Below are positions 1 through 11,019 of a stretch of DNA of 16,116 bases, in pieces. Position 1 is the first letter of the stretch, and each line of letters starts with the position of its first letter. Location of the stretch: NCBI GenBank assembly GCA_051294375.1, contig CM119264.1, positions 5,304,605 to 5,320,720 of the forward strand, read 5' to 3'. Both the position numbers and the translations under genes were made by a program. Under the pieces are notes generated by a model. It did not search any database, had not been told where the DNA came from, and was given only the letters and a program-made list of their open reading frames with translations. This stretch comes from Paraspadella gotoi (Eukaryota > Animalia > Chaetognatha).

Positions 1-249
1 ATTTGTTTTTCAACCGGTTATTAATCACATGAATGTCTAGAACCTGAACAAAAGAATAACAAGAATAACGGCGTCGAGCGCCACTAGATTGCGACGGCAA
101 ACTGGAAAACAAGTGAACAACGGGCGTGGGAGGGAGAATACCATATCCGCTAGAATGGGCGATTTCAAAATTTTTTCCATCCGATGCGATCACTTCTCGT
201 TCAGAGTCCTTCATTTGCTGAATGATGTTTTTGCTTAAGCGTTTTGTCC

Positions 250-1586
250 TTACGCTTTCGGACACTTGGGATCGAATAGAGAAATCACAACACTAGTATC
301 CTTCTTTATTCTTGAGATCAATAAGATATAATATTTATAGATAGAGTGGATGATTTGATTCTTTCTTTCACATTGTTTACCATTAAGCGATTGACACCAG
401 ATATTTATTGCTATTCTATATATTATTTTTCTTAACGTGATCGTTATTGCTTTAAAAGTAGAAAATCGACAATTGCTAATGAATAAAACAGTGTATTCTG
501 GATCAATCAGAGCAGCTGTCGGAGAGACTTCACGCCTTTTGACTAACTTTCCCTTCACGGCGGCTTTTCTCCTATTTGGTCCCTTTTTTCTGGGAAGAAT
601 TCTTTCCGGCTGAGGCTGCGTTCTTCTGTCAGGCAAAGGGGATCGTGCCCGTTTTGGCTTCATGGGGGTCGCTGCTTGCGTCTTTGCCCGCTTTAAGCGT
701 TCCTCTTCGAGTCACCACAGTTTTGAAAGATTTTCGAGATAACGATTTTGAAATTCCTTAACCGCAATATTTTTGAACGAGGAACATTTTTGTTTGTTAA
801 ACTCAGAATGTTATTCTCTTTATGATTTTTCGTTTCTATGAATTCGGTTCTCTTGATCTAGTTGTGTTTTTTTCGTTTTTTTACCTTTTGTGTCGCTCGG
901 TTTAAAATGTTATCAATGACACGCTGAAGGATAGTAAGCGTCTCAATTTAGCTCAAACTCGTTTTTTCTAATGTTTTTTATTATATTTATGTGGTAAATT
1001 TTTTGTAACAGTTTGGATTTTGGAAACCAAGCCTTTTAGTACGGATTATTTTGATAAAATTTTTGAAAAAAAAGAGTTGTAGTATGGATTAAATGTTGAG
1101 CAAAGTTCGTTGGATGAAAAAAGTTTTTAGCGAGTATCGGAGCTTTCACATTCTCCTACTTACATTTACGTAAAAAATTGTTCCAAGCTGTACCGATCAA
1201 AGATTTTTCTTCGATCGAGCGACTGAAGCTTTTTTTACAAATATGAACAGGGACTGTTCAAAATATAACTCAAATTATACGCTCGCTATTGTAAACATCA
1301 ATCATTTCGATAATCAGTAGATGATTATCAATTCTTTTTAATATTTTGATTCTTTTAAATATTGTAAGTGCCCCTAATTTTTTATTTCCAAGAATTTCTA
1401 GTTTTTTTTCGTCAAGATTAAAGATCAGAAAATAAAATTGGGAAAGCATAAACTTGTCTTCTCTGCGATAATTTAGAAAAATACTTTTATAACCCATATA
1501 AGTGAGTTAATAAAAAAATCTTTCAGTTAATTATGTTCCAGGGTTTTGTCTATAATGTTGAAGTATTCTTTCAGGAGTTTAGTCAT
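250..1586 (-). pseudogene. Decayed, intronless, Lys/Ile/Asn-rich coding-like region (one or more genes), product unknown; possibly a DNA-virus or transposon remnant
   Basis: Manual translation gives protein-like stretches broken by stops and frameshifts: ATG at 1586 MTKLLKEYFNIIDKTLEHN*LKDFFINSLIW; ORF 1270-1497; IETLTILQRVIDNILNR near 900-945; and SFKNIAVKEFQNRYLENLSKLW*LEEERLKRAKTQAATP (780-664) running in frame into ORF 250-663. The block has no microsatellites. No motif recognised. Confidence 0.3.
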
Positions 1587-1696
1587 AGTTGAAAGTCGTC
1601 CAAAACAGGTGATTACCTGTATATATAGTTTATCAGAATTTATCCTTTAAGTTTACTCTATAATTCTAATATATTGATAGAATTTGCACTATAAAA

Positions 1697-2097
1697 ATGT
1701 TTCGTATCGCAGAGTCAGAAATCGCCAGCATTCATGACCAGTGCGAAATTACAGTTTCGACGAATCGCATTACATTTTGCGCAGTTAAAATAACCTTTCA
1801 GAAGTTAAAAATGATTGATAAATCAATTCGAACAAAAGACTCGATATTAGGAATTTGAAAAGAATCAATGATCTTGTAAAACGACAACTATACGCCATTC
1901 TAAAAAACGAATCAAACATGCGAAAAATACTTCAATCTTTCAGATCAAACTTATGTTTGGGATCGTTGTTGTTTCAAAAATACATCATCACTTCACATTA
2001 CAACGCGGTGCCCCGAAAAAAAACCCTTCCCTTCAAACGGATAAAAATATTGTTGGTGCTTCGTCGCCATGTACCCCCCACATTTCCCGGCTTTTAA
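1697..2097 (+). pseudogene. Frameshifted short coding-like region divergent from the minus-strand remnant, product unknown
   Basis: ATAAAAATG start context with ATG at 1697. MFRIAESEIASIHDQCEITVSTNRITFCAVKITFQKLKMIDKSIRTKDSILGI ends at a TGA overlapping the start of ORF 1855-2097 (KRINDLVKRQLYAILKNESNMRKILQSF...), so one frameshift would join them. Confidence 0.25.
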
Positions 2098-3320
2098 GTC
2101 GAAATAAGTTATTTGATGACAAAGCGCAGAAAATGACGGCCATCCAATTTTTATTAGATTGTTCTTTTAATTTTTCTCTTTTTTTTCCGTCTCGGACCAC
2201 TCGCTTCCCCGGTTGGGCCTCCCATTATTTCGCCACGACTCTCAAACCGATTGTGTTGTTTTCACCACCCAAAATTTTAAGTCATTTTCTTTTTTTTCAC
2301 TCTTTCACCATTCTTTTACTCGAGTTTTCTTTTCCACATTTCGGCCCGAGCTCGAAATGTTTTCACTTAACTTTTTTCTCATAGCAAGTTCGGTTCAAGT
2401 TTAATCATGCCCTTTTACCTTTCGCCATTATAAATATTTCTTACTTTTCTTCTTTTGTTATTTGATTATTTTTTTGTTCTTATTTTCCCCATTCTTCGCC
2501 CGATTTTGTTTTTCTTTTTGTTTTCCTTCAATTTCGGAGGTGGATTGGATTTTTTTCTCGTCATCGATCCCGCTGCTCCTTCTCACTAGCGCAAATTAGA
2601 TTCCATCACCCGCTCACCTGTGCACGGCCTTTAAAAATTCTCACCCAACAGGAAAAAAAAAAGGTTTGTTTAAATTCTTTAGCGCCAGGACCAGTGGGAC
2701 TAGGAAAGGTGGCCGCCTCTGAGAAACAGTGAAAATGCGTAATTGTTATTCTTTATATTTATACAATCTAACTACGGTTTTTCATCGTCGTTTGCGAGTT
2801 TGTAGAAATAAGGTAAATACAAATGGGTTTGAACAAATCATTCTGTTGATAGAAATACATTGTAAAGCTGACACAAATAAGTAAAGAAGAATTTATCAAA
2901 AAAGAAAAGAAGAGGGGAAATAAAAGTCTAAACGATGTTGAATTTCAGATGTAATTAAAAGATAAATATCATGCATCGTTTATCTATTTTTATTCCAAAA
3001 TTATAGTATGACTTTGTTATAAACGAAAGGAAAACATTTACAGCCTCATTAACAAATATCCCATTCGAGCAGGAGACGACGATTAAGTTGAACATTAAAC
3101 AAAAAAAAAAGCATTGATAAGATTAAGACTTTCACGTCGATTTTGAAATTCAAAACTGCTTTTGAACTCAAATGAGAGAAAGAGAACAAGAAGAAAAAGA
3201 GAAAAAAAGTCATAAAACTCGATTCCATCAGAACGAAGGATGCACATTAAAGCAACAAGAGATAACCCAATCGGAAAAAGAGAGAAGAGAAACAGCGAAT
3301 TGTTGCATATCTATTCGAAA

Positions 3321-3440
3321 AGGAGAGAGGGAGAGCAGATGAGATCGAGAGAGAGAGACGAGACGAGAGACCGAGAGAGAGAGAGGAGAGAGAGACGAGA
3401 GAGAGAGAGGAGAGAGAGAGATGAAGAGAGAGAGGAGAAG
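3321..3440. repeat. Imperfect (GA)n microsatellite
   Basis: GAGA runs with scattered single-base interruptions. Confidence 0.9.
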
Positions 3441-3592
3441 AACCCGACGGAATTTCGAAAATCCCTCGTCCTGAATACTTCTAAAGAAAATAGCATTGTT
3501 TTCTTTTTTAAACAAGTAAAAAAAATCAGGATGATTGAGGCGAGAATAATAAAGAATGAGGGGGAACACCCGTTTGAAAATGACTGACAGGA

Positions 3593-3680
3593 TGAGAGCA
3601 GAGAGGAGAGAGAGAGAGACGGAGTTGAGACGAGAGAGAGAGAGTGAGAGAAGAGAGGAGAGATGAAGAGAGACGAGAGA
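3593..3680. repeat. Imperfect (GA)n microsatellite
   Basis: GAGA runs with scattered interruptions. Confidence 0.9.
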
Positions 3681-4019
3681 TGGCTTTAGGAATAAAATTA
3701 ATTTTCTAGGTCTTCCGTAGCTTATTATTTATATTCACTATGAGATCTTTCCTTTGGTCTTGTCTAGCTTATATACTTCTTTACACTATCTCTCCTACTC
3801 TCTCTCTTCTCTCTTCTCCTTTCATAATTATATTCGATTCTATCACTTACTTCTTACATACTCTTCCTCTTTTCTTCAATAATCTATAACTTCACCCATC
3901 TCTATCTCTACTTGCTCGTTATCATACTTTTATCTCTTTCTTCTTCTTTCTTATCATTATTTTTTATACATTATTTAGATTCATCTGTCACTGTGTAATA
4001 CTTTCAGTATTATTTATAT

Positions 4020-4204
4020 CTTGAATTTTTCCAACTCTCGGTTACCTCATTAATAAACATATAGTAATGAGTCTAAGAACACCTGAATCAAAAGAATATA
4101 ACATAAGATATTATTATCTTGGCTTGTCTTGATTTATACGCACTATCTTATATATTGCGTAACGTGCAAACTGGGAAAACAAGTGAACACGGCGTGGGAG
4201 GGAG
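4020..4204 (+). repeat. Insertion-rich direct copy of 1-136
   Basis: GGAAAACAAGTGAACA at 104-119 = 4174-4189; GGCGTGGGAGGGAG at 123-136 = 4191-4204; the upstream part aligns with many extra bases. Confidence 0.9.
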
Positions 4205-4267
4205 TCGAGAAGAGAAGAGAGAGGAGAGAAGAGAGAGAGAGAGAAGAGAGAGAGAGAGAAGAGAGAG
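4205..4267. repeat. Imperfect (GA)n microsatellite near a gap
   Basis: GAGA run ending about 30 nt before the N gap. Confidence 0.9.
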
Positions 4268-4297
4268 CGGAGCTATCTCTCAGCTTTACCTCATCTA

Positions 4298-4322
4298 NNN
4301 NNNNNNNNNNNNNNNNNNNNNN
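4298..4322. other. Assembly gap, 25 N
   Basis: Run of 25 N. Confidence 0.99.
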
Positions 4323-4440
4323 TTCTCATCCTATATTCCCTCATATTGAATCCATTTTTATGGGGGCCACAACTTGCTTTTGTTTGGACATTTCGTAATT
4401 ATCTGCCTCTATTGTGTCTGTGGCGGAAATAACGGGGGAA

Positions 4441-4492
<52 letters not shown>

Positions 4493-4496
4493 CGCC
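4441..4496. repeat. (TCG)n microsatellite
   Basis: 13 perfect TCG units at 4441-4479, followed by CCG/TCG variants. Confidence 0.97.
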
Positions 4497-4812
4497 AATT
4501 TCTCGGAAATGCGTTACAGAAAAACGAGTGTCTTCTCGGCGTCGATATGTCCGTGTTTTTGTTTTGACTCCCAGACGATGACAACGACGATTAGGTTGAC
4601 AACGATTGAGATGACGATGACAAAAACGGCGGAGAAAATGACGACATATAATCAATGAAGATAACGAAATTGAAAATCAAAGAGATAAGAAGATCTCGAA
4701 GAGCAAAATTTGAGAAATATAATACGACATTGAGAATATTTTTATCAAAAAATGCGAAAGAAATAATGAATTATTTTAAATTTTTAATAGAAATAATTAT
4801 GTTGCGGACGAT

Positions 4813-4886
4813 AACGACGACGAGACAGATTATGAGGACGAAGACGACGACGACAACGAAGACGACGACGACGACGACGAAGAAGA
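4813..4886. repeat. Imperfect (GAC)n/(GAA)n microsatellite
   Basis: ACGACGACG runs grading into GAAGAAGAA. Confidence 0.9.
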
Positions 4887-5559
4887 AACCAGGAAGAGAT
4901 GATGAATGGATAAAAGGAGATAGAAAAACCGTTTACTGGTTGAGTTTCCCTTTGCTTTGCGCGATGTTTACATCTTAAATTTTAAGATTCTGTCGCCTCG
5001 TTTTTTTTTATCCCTCTTTCTCTTTTTATTTCTTTCTTTCTTTTTTTCTCTCTTTCTTTCTTTCTTTCAATGCATCATAGATCAACTCCGAGCCTTTCTC
5101 CCGCCATCATCATAACAAACGGGAAAGAATAGGAAAGGAGAAAAGAGATCCAGAGCTAGTAGGAAACCGGGAACGAGAAGAAATCACTGGGAGCCAAAAA
5201 CTATAAAAACGAAAGGTAAAGAAATATAAAAATGAGAATAAAAAATAGGATATAAGAGTAAGGACTGGCGGATACTCAGGGAAAGAAGATAAAAGAGGGG
5301 TCCAGAAAAAAGGGGGAGCGGGTCGAAATGAGGAGAGGGGAGATAGCTGCCAGGTGCAGACTAAGAGTAGAAGGCAATAAAAGAGAAACGTTAAATAAGA
5401 GAAGGAGTAAGCGGAACGAGCCTAAAAAATAAAGAAAGAATCACATCACGTTAATAAGTGAGGATGAATACGGACGAAGAAAATTATACTCTTAATAAAC
5501 ATGATCTAAAAGAGAAAAGAAAAGTAATAAAGAGGTAGTCTGCATTATGGAGAATAGTT

Positions 5560-5940
5560 CCGAGGAGAAAGAAAGAGAAAGAAAGAGTGAGTAGAAGCGA
5601 GCGAAAAACGGGTAAAGAAAGGACATGATTGTTAAGGTTAAACTAAATAGACTGAAAAAAACAGTTCAATTGGAACGAGAAAGGAAAAGAATATGAAAGA
5701 AAGAAAAAGAGAGATTGAGAGAAAGAAAAGAAAAGAGAAAAAAAATGGTAAAGAAGACTAAAAAGAGAAAGAAAGAAAGACAGAAAAAAAGAAGACAAAG
5801 AAAGAAAAGAAGAAAAACAAGAAAAAGCAAAAAGCGCATAAGAAGCCACGAGAAACGAGAAAAATAGAGAGTCAGATACTAAGAGCAGTGGAAAGAAAAC
5901 AGTATTAAAAGAGAGCGAGAAAAAAGCAAAGAAAACGAAT
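5560..5940. repeat. Purine-rich low-complexity tract, degenerate (AAAAG)/(AAAG)-like
   Basis: Strongly A/G-biased on the + strand with recurring AAAGAAAAG. Confidence 0.75.
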
Positions 5941-7372
5941 CCTATAAACAAAACATCCGATGTGAATTGATCCCGGTTTAACTGCTCACGAGATGGCGCT
6001 TTTTCAAATGTAAGTGCATCGCAGTCTAGTTTTTAATATCATTATGCGACACGTTTGACAGCCTTGACTCATCAGAGAGTATTTTATGTCACGGGCGACT
6101 GCAATGAGCCCGGAATTAACCGTTGATCGGCTTTACATTGTGTGTTCTCTCCGATGATAGTTTTCATTTATTCTTACTCTTTTTTACTTCAATTATTTTC
6201 CATTATTAGTTAGTCTTTCCACGATCCATTTCCATTTCGGTATTGTCAAGTCGTTCCAGTAGATCCTTTAAGGCGTAGTAAAATTTTTGTAATTTACTTA
6301 AATGAGATATGGAACAACCATTTTCAAGTTAACTCAATGAACAGTTATGTAATAAAAATTCTAATAATTTACACATATTTACGCAGAGCCACATATTTTA
6401 TATATCATAGTATAAACCAATAAATTAGTTAAGAATCCGTTTTAATATAACAGCGTTGTGTGTTCTAAGATTTCATTTTGCACAGTATTATAGTTGTCAT
6501 TAAAAGTTGGTAGTAAGCATAATATAACTCTTTGAAAAAATTCCTTCATCATCAGTGTGTTTGGTCAAAAATTAGGAAAGCCTACTTTATTTTACGCCTG
6601 AAAATTAACTTAGATATATTAAATATGAGTTTTTCTTTAATGTTAATACCATTAATTAAAAAGATATTTTTAATGAAAGGAATTCTATTAATTTTCTTTT
6701 ATCACTTTGACGATCAGAAGTTCAAATCTTGCACCCTTCTCAAAATGAAGTACAACAAAGCAGGGGCGCGATTTCACTAAGTTAGTTATCTTCCTTGTTT
6801 AATTCTTAACACATAATTGTTCAGCCGCTGCGACACGTTATGTCCGATATACCTTTTGGAATTCACATACAGATAATATTAGTACTAATTTTTGGCTAGC
6901 TCGTTTTTTCCTTTCTCAAAAGGCTTTGTCGATCTACTACTTTGGCGATTGATAAAAAAACAAAGAAATTGGCCATCTCTGTCACAACGCCGAATCAAAT
7001 ACTCATTGGAGCTTGGCTCTCGAGGGGGGCGTCTTTGTCAATTGATCCTGAAATGGTGTGAGGAGTGTTAGTAAATTTTGTTCAGTTTTAATAAGGATAA
7101 GACTATTATTCTATAATATAGCCTACTGCGAAATTAAAAAGAACATTAAATTTAATTTTTTTATAAACAAATTTAAACTGATAGTATGTGTGTTCTATAA
7201 TCTTGATCCTATACTTAGAATTTTCGTATGTACTTTCACATACGCCTTAGTGGTCCATTATTCAGGATTAAATATAAATTAACATGAAATTGTAAATAAA
7301 TTAAATTTAATTTTAAAGTAATTAAATGTGATTTGTTAAATTAATTTAAGAATTTAAATTAAAATAAAATAA

Positions 7373-7447
7373 ATACATTTAAGGTATCTTCTCCATGACG
7401 CTAAACTACTTAAAAACGTCACGCAGCAAGATACCTTAATTTGTATG
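7373..7447. repeat. Hairpin at the centre of a long fold-back
   Basis: TTAAGGTATCTT (7379-7390) is the exact reverse complement of AAGATACCTTAA (7428-7439); inner TGACG/CGTCA pair and outer ATACA/TGTAT pair. Confidence 0.85.
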
Positions 7448-9950
7448 CTAGAATGATTATTTATAGAGGTTAGTTCTCCTCTTAATTACACTAGCTGATC
7501 CTATTAGTGGTAAACTTATTGATTATTGTTACTATAGAGTCGAATACGTTACAGAAAAATCCTCTAGTTTTGAATGAAAAACGAAAAACTTGAAGGCACA
7601 AAGTTACAACGACTGAGTTACTACCCTTCATGTACGAACCGAATTTCTCAACAGACGAGAGAAGACTCGAGAAACAGATAGAGACTGAAGAAGCAGGAGA
7701 ACGAGGACGAGACTGAGAGTTAGCGAGGTCAGACTGAGCTCGATCGTAACTCCGTAGCTTGAGAACGTCTGAGATGGCCAGAGGAATGGAATCGATCATG
7801 CCCCCTCATAAGCATAAGCCAATTAACTCTTCCTGAAAGTACCGTGAACCTGAGATGGGTAACTCGCACTCATCTAGTCAGACTATCCGCTACAGTAGCA
7901 CCCTCTGTCCCTCATCACTAGAACACACAATATTATCTCATTTCTGGACATACCTCTACTCTCACGGTACCATACCACATCCCATTAGATTCTGCATGTT
8001 AGCACATACATTCTATAATTCAGCCTCGATCGCAGATTTGCTTCCCCCAATTTGAACCATAACCACAGCAGAGAGACGACATACCTCAACCGATTGCCGC
8101 AGATCGATCAGCTCGCGGATGATAATGATTCACTATGACTAAGAGGAGGATTCATCATCTCGACCACTGTCGGATCGAAAAGGACCTGAGATTTCCCTAG
8201 TCCCTCCTTACTACGAAGTATCGCTGCCTTATCCCGTCGCGTACGGACACACTCCCCAATAAAGATATATTCAACAAGCCACTCGATTAGACTACACACA
8301 TATTTCCTGCTTCTATTCTAGTCTCGGAGCCTCTGACATCATTTAAACCTCTTCTGACTAACAGTACCTAAGACTAAAGTAGTTGCGAGAGATGCAAAAA
8401 TAAACAAGCGCTAGCCGATTCTACCTCTTCCGCCCGTTTATTCCCTATACTCAATCTCCAACGCCACGTATTACCAATAACTCCAATTCTTTTTTTTCAT
8501 ACTGCACTGAACGAGCGAGAACACTTTCTTAATTCAGAGCAGATTGAAGTTCGCGAACCTATCGTTTGACGCGCCCGCCAACGACTTTAGTGCTCAGTCA
8601 GTACCGCGCTAGCACAAGAGCAGTATGACCTTGGGGAAGCATGTCCGCCAAGAGAACTGATGACGTGGGAGCAGCCCGAACGCGTCTGTATGCACCGTGG
8701 GAGCGGCCGTCGTCAAAGATTATGACATCTCATAACAGCGGCTGAATGTCTGCCGGCAATAAAACATGGAACATCCCAACAATAGGGCAAGTTCCAGAGC
8801 CAGAAAGAAAAGCAGTACATCAATAAGCCATGACTGATCGTGAGTACTGAAAGCACACCAGTTTGCGCCATTGTGCTGAAACGCACAGAGACTCCAAATC
8901 TTGAGATCTAACTACGCTGCCGTCCACTCAATTCTATCGCGATAATTAACGGGATTCGAGTTTGAGAGTATCGACAAATCGTCACAGACTGAGTGATAGG
9001 TCCACACATTACGTGACTGCGCAGCGATTTAGTTCAGATAATCATTGAACGTGAGAAGAGTTCACCTGATGTCATTGACATGAATACAACTCTTTAGTAG
9101 TCCTTTAGTGATATAGAATTGGGACACTGTGGATATTAACTAACAAAAATAATATATAATAAAAGCATGTATAAAGATGTCTACTAGATCGTGTTGAATT
9201 TCCAAACTGAGTGGCAGGATTGAACTCATATTGAATCGAGAATTCAGAGAAAAAACCACAATTATGTTATGACCAAGAGTGCAAATAGAATAATTACCTT
9301 ACCAAACTTGCGATATATAACTGATGGCTGCACAGACAAATATAGACCTACGATTCACGGGTTTAAATAAATCATCCTGCCGTGACATGCTTTAACTTAA
9401 TCAGCAAATGAGAGGAATAATATACATTTTGTACATCCCATATACAGAAAAAAAAAGAAAGAGATATATCAGTCCGCGTATTAATTGGTTTGTCCCTGCA
9501 ACCATTTTATGTCAAACTGGCGAATAAGAGAGGTGAGTGACTTGGAGATGATTGAGAAATGCCAGAGAGAGTATGACAAGATGAGAGAGAAGAGGAGTAT
9601 TTTACTCCAGCTCGCAGAGGCCGATCGTTGTGATGTGTCAGATATACCTCATGAGTGGTAGAGTAAGACGGTTAAGTGACGATTTGATGAAGATGACAGC
9701 AGAGAGAGAAGGATAGGATGTACACATAGAAGAATTAATTATCTAAAGGTTAGACTCGACCGTGCATTACTTGACATTAAATTTACTTCCTCTACGTCTT
9801 ACTGAAATTAATGTCTAAAGAAAAATACTTACTAGGAAAATGGTTCAGCGAAATTATCTTTATTCTTTATAATTTTTAACCACTAAAAAATAGAATGACG
9901 GTCGTGCTTCTCGTTGATCTGATGGAGTGAAAAAAAGTAATTGAACCGCC
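7410..9950 (-). repeat. Noisy, expanded inverted copy of ~5970-7410
   Basis: Collinear exact reverse-complement anchors: 7919-7929/7187-7197, 8410-8416/6894-6900, 8736-8746/6820-6830, 9380-9388/6086-6094, 9510-9517/6053-6060, with gapped similarity around each. Confidence 0.8.
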
Positions 9951-10860
9951 TAAAGGACGATAGGAACAACCCAGTTAGATAACATTCTAATCATACTTTG
10001 CTATGCCCTCAAAAAAATTAATGTAGAGCTTACAGACTGTTAGAATGATGAGAGATTGCAGAGAGATGTGAGAGAGTAAGAGAGCAGAGGTAGTGATATG
10101 ATTGAACAGAGAAAAGGCTTTTGGAGCACGTATGTTCTTTGCTCACCGTGCTATTTCTATTATTTATTGTTTCATGTCTTTTCCTTTGCTGTCGCTTCTG
10201 ATAAACATCCGTTTACTAAGGTCTTGTCCATCAATCTTCAACACTATAACTACCGCCTTCTTACTCTTCGTACATATCCTGCACATCTCGCCTCGCCTCT
10301 ACGTCATAACATTCATCTACTCTTCTCCTCTCAAACTGCACCAACCTTTCTTGCGGAATCAATTTCCGCATAAAAATCTGTCGACATCTTTTTTCGTAGT
10401 CTGCTCCTCCCTTCCTGGCGTCACACCAAATCTTTCAATAAAACATACGCTACGAAGTCTCCGTCGAAACTCAATAACTCATCTCGTCATGAGCTCATTT
10501 AGTATTGACCATTTATATTTTGCTCAAAAGTATATTCCAGAGCGGATTCTTTTTATTTGAAATCGGACATAGCTTCGGCTCCTAGATTATTACTTTCATT
10601 GCTCACGTCTTCAATGATATGTCTTATTTACTATGAACCAAAATTGTTAAGTAAAAAGAAATCATTACTGCGAAATCTAGAAGACGCGCGAGCTAGAGAT
10701 TGCAACGGGCCAAAAACTGGAAAGACAAAGGTGGAAGACAACGGGCGTGGGGAGAGGAGATCGGGAGAGAGGAAGAGAGAGAGGAGAGGAGCAGAAGAGA
10801 TGAGAGAGAGGAGAGAGAAAGAGAGAAGAAGAGAGAGAGAAGGAGAGAGAGAGAGAGAGC
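9130..10860 (+). repeat. Noisy direct copy of ~3090-4270, including its GA tracts
   Basis: TTGAACTCA 3162-3170 = 9220-9228; TCTAAAGAAAA 3480-3490 = 9814-9824; same order of GA tract, GGCTTT, CT-rich tract, GGCGTGGG and GA tract. Confidence 0.7.
10751..10860. repeat. Imperfect (GA)n microsatellite
   Basis: GAGA run with interruptions. Confidence 0.9.
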
Positions 10861-11019
10861 GAAGAATACCACCGAAAGAAGAAGAAAGAGATTGAGTAGA
10901 CGTGTAATATGACGTTACATTCTCGTTAGTAAGTGCTTGAGGGTACCACAGCGCACTGAAGATACCCGAGCTAATATGTTCACTGTACTACCTGTCGAAA
11001 ATTTATAAAATGTAATTTA

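Noticed and set aside
250-2100. A single long minus-strand gene with reassigned stop codons (ORFs 250-663 and 1270-1497 share a frame)
   Set aside because: It would need TAA, TAG and TGA all read as sense. The most protein-like text switches frame, and switches strand above ~1690, which fits decay or shadow frames better.
3228-5951. ORFs with poly-RE, SL, D, V, R, T or F/S runs
   Set aside because: They are translations of (GA)n, (TCG)n, (GAC)n and A/G tracts, open in several frames and on both strands; two of them cross an N gap.
5972-6122. AGATGGCGCT motif between two similar CCCGG..TTAAC words as a transposon end or insulator site
   Set aside because: A single short motif with no partner terminus or target duplication in clean sequence.
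7379-7439. 53-bp TTAA-flanked MITE (TTAA-GG...CC-TTAA, Kolobok-like termini)
   Set aside because: The inverted symmetry continues far beyond the TTAA on both sides, so this is the centre of the long fold-back rather than an element with a target duplication.
8540-8800. Possible direct copy of 14490-14830 (shared CAACGACTTT, CAAGAG, GTCAAAGA)
   Set aside because: The anchors are too few and short to separate from chance by eye. It could be a further interleaved source and needs a scored alignment.
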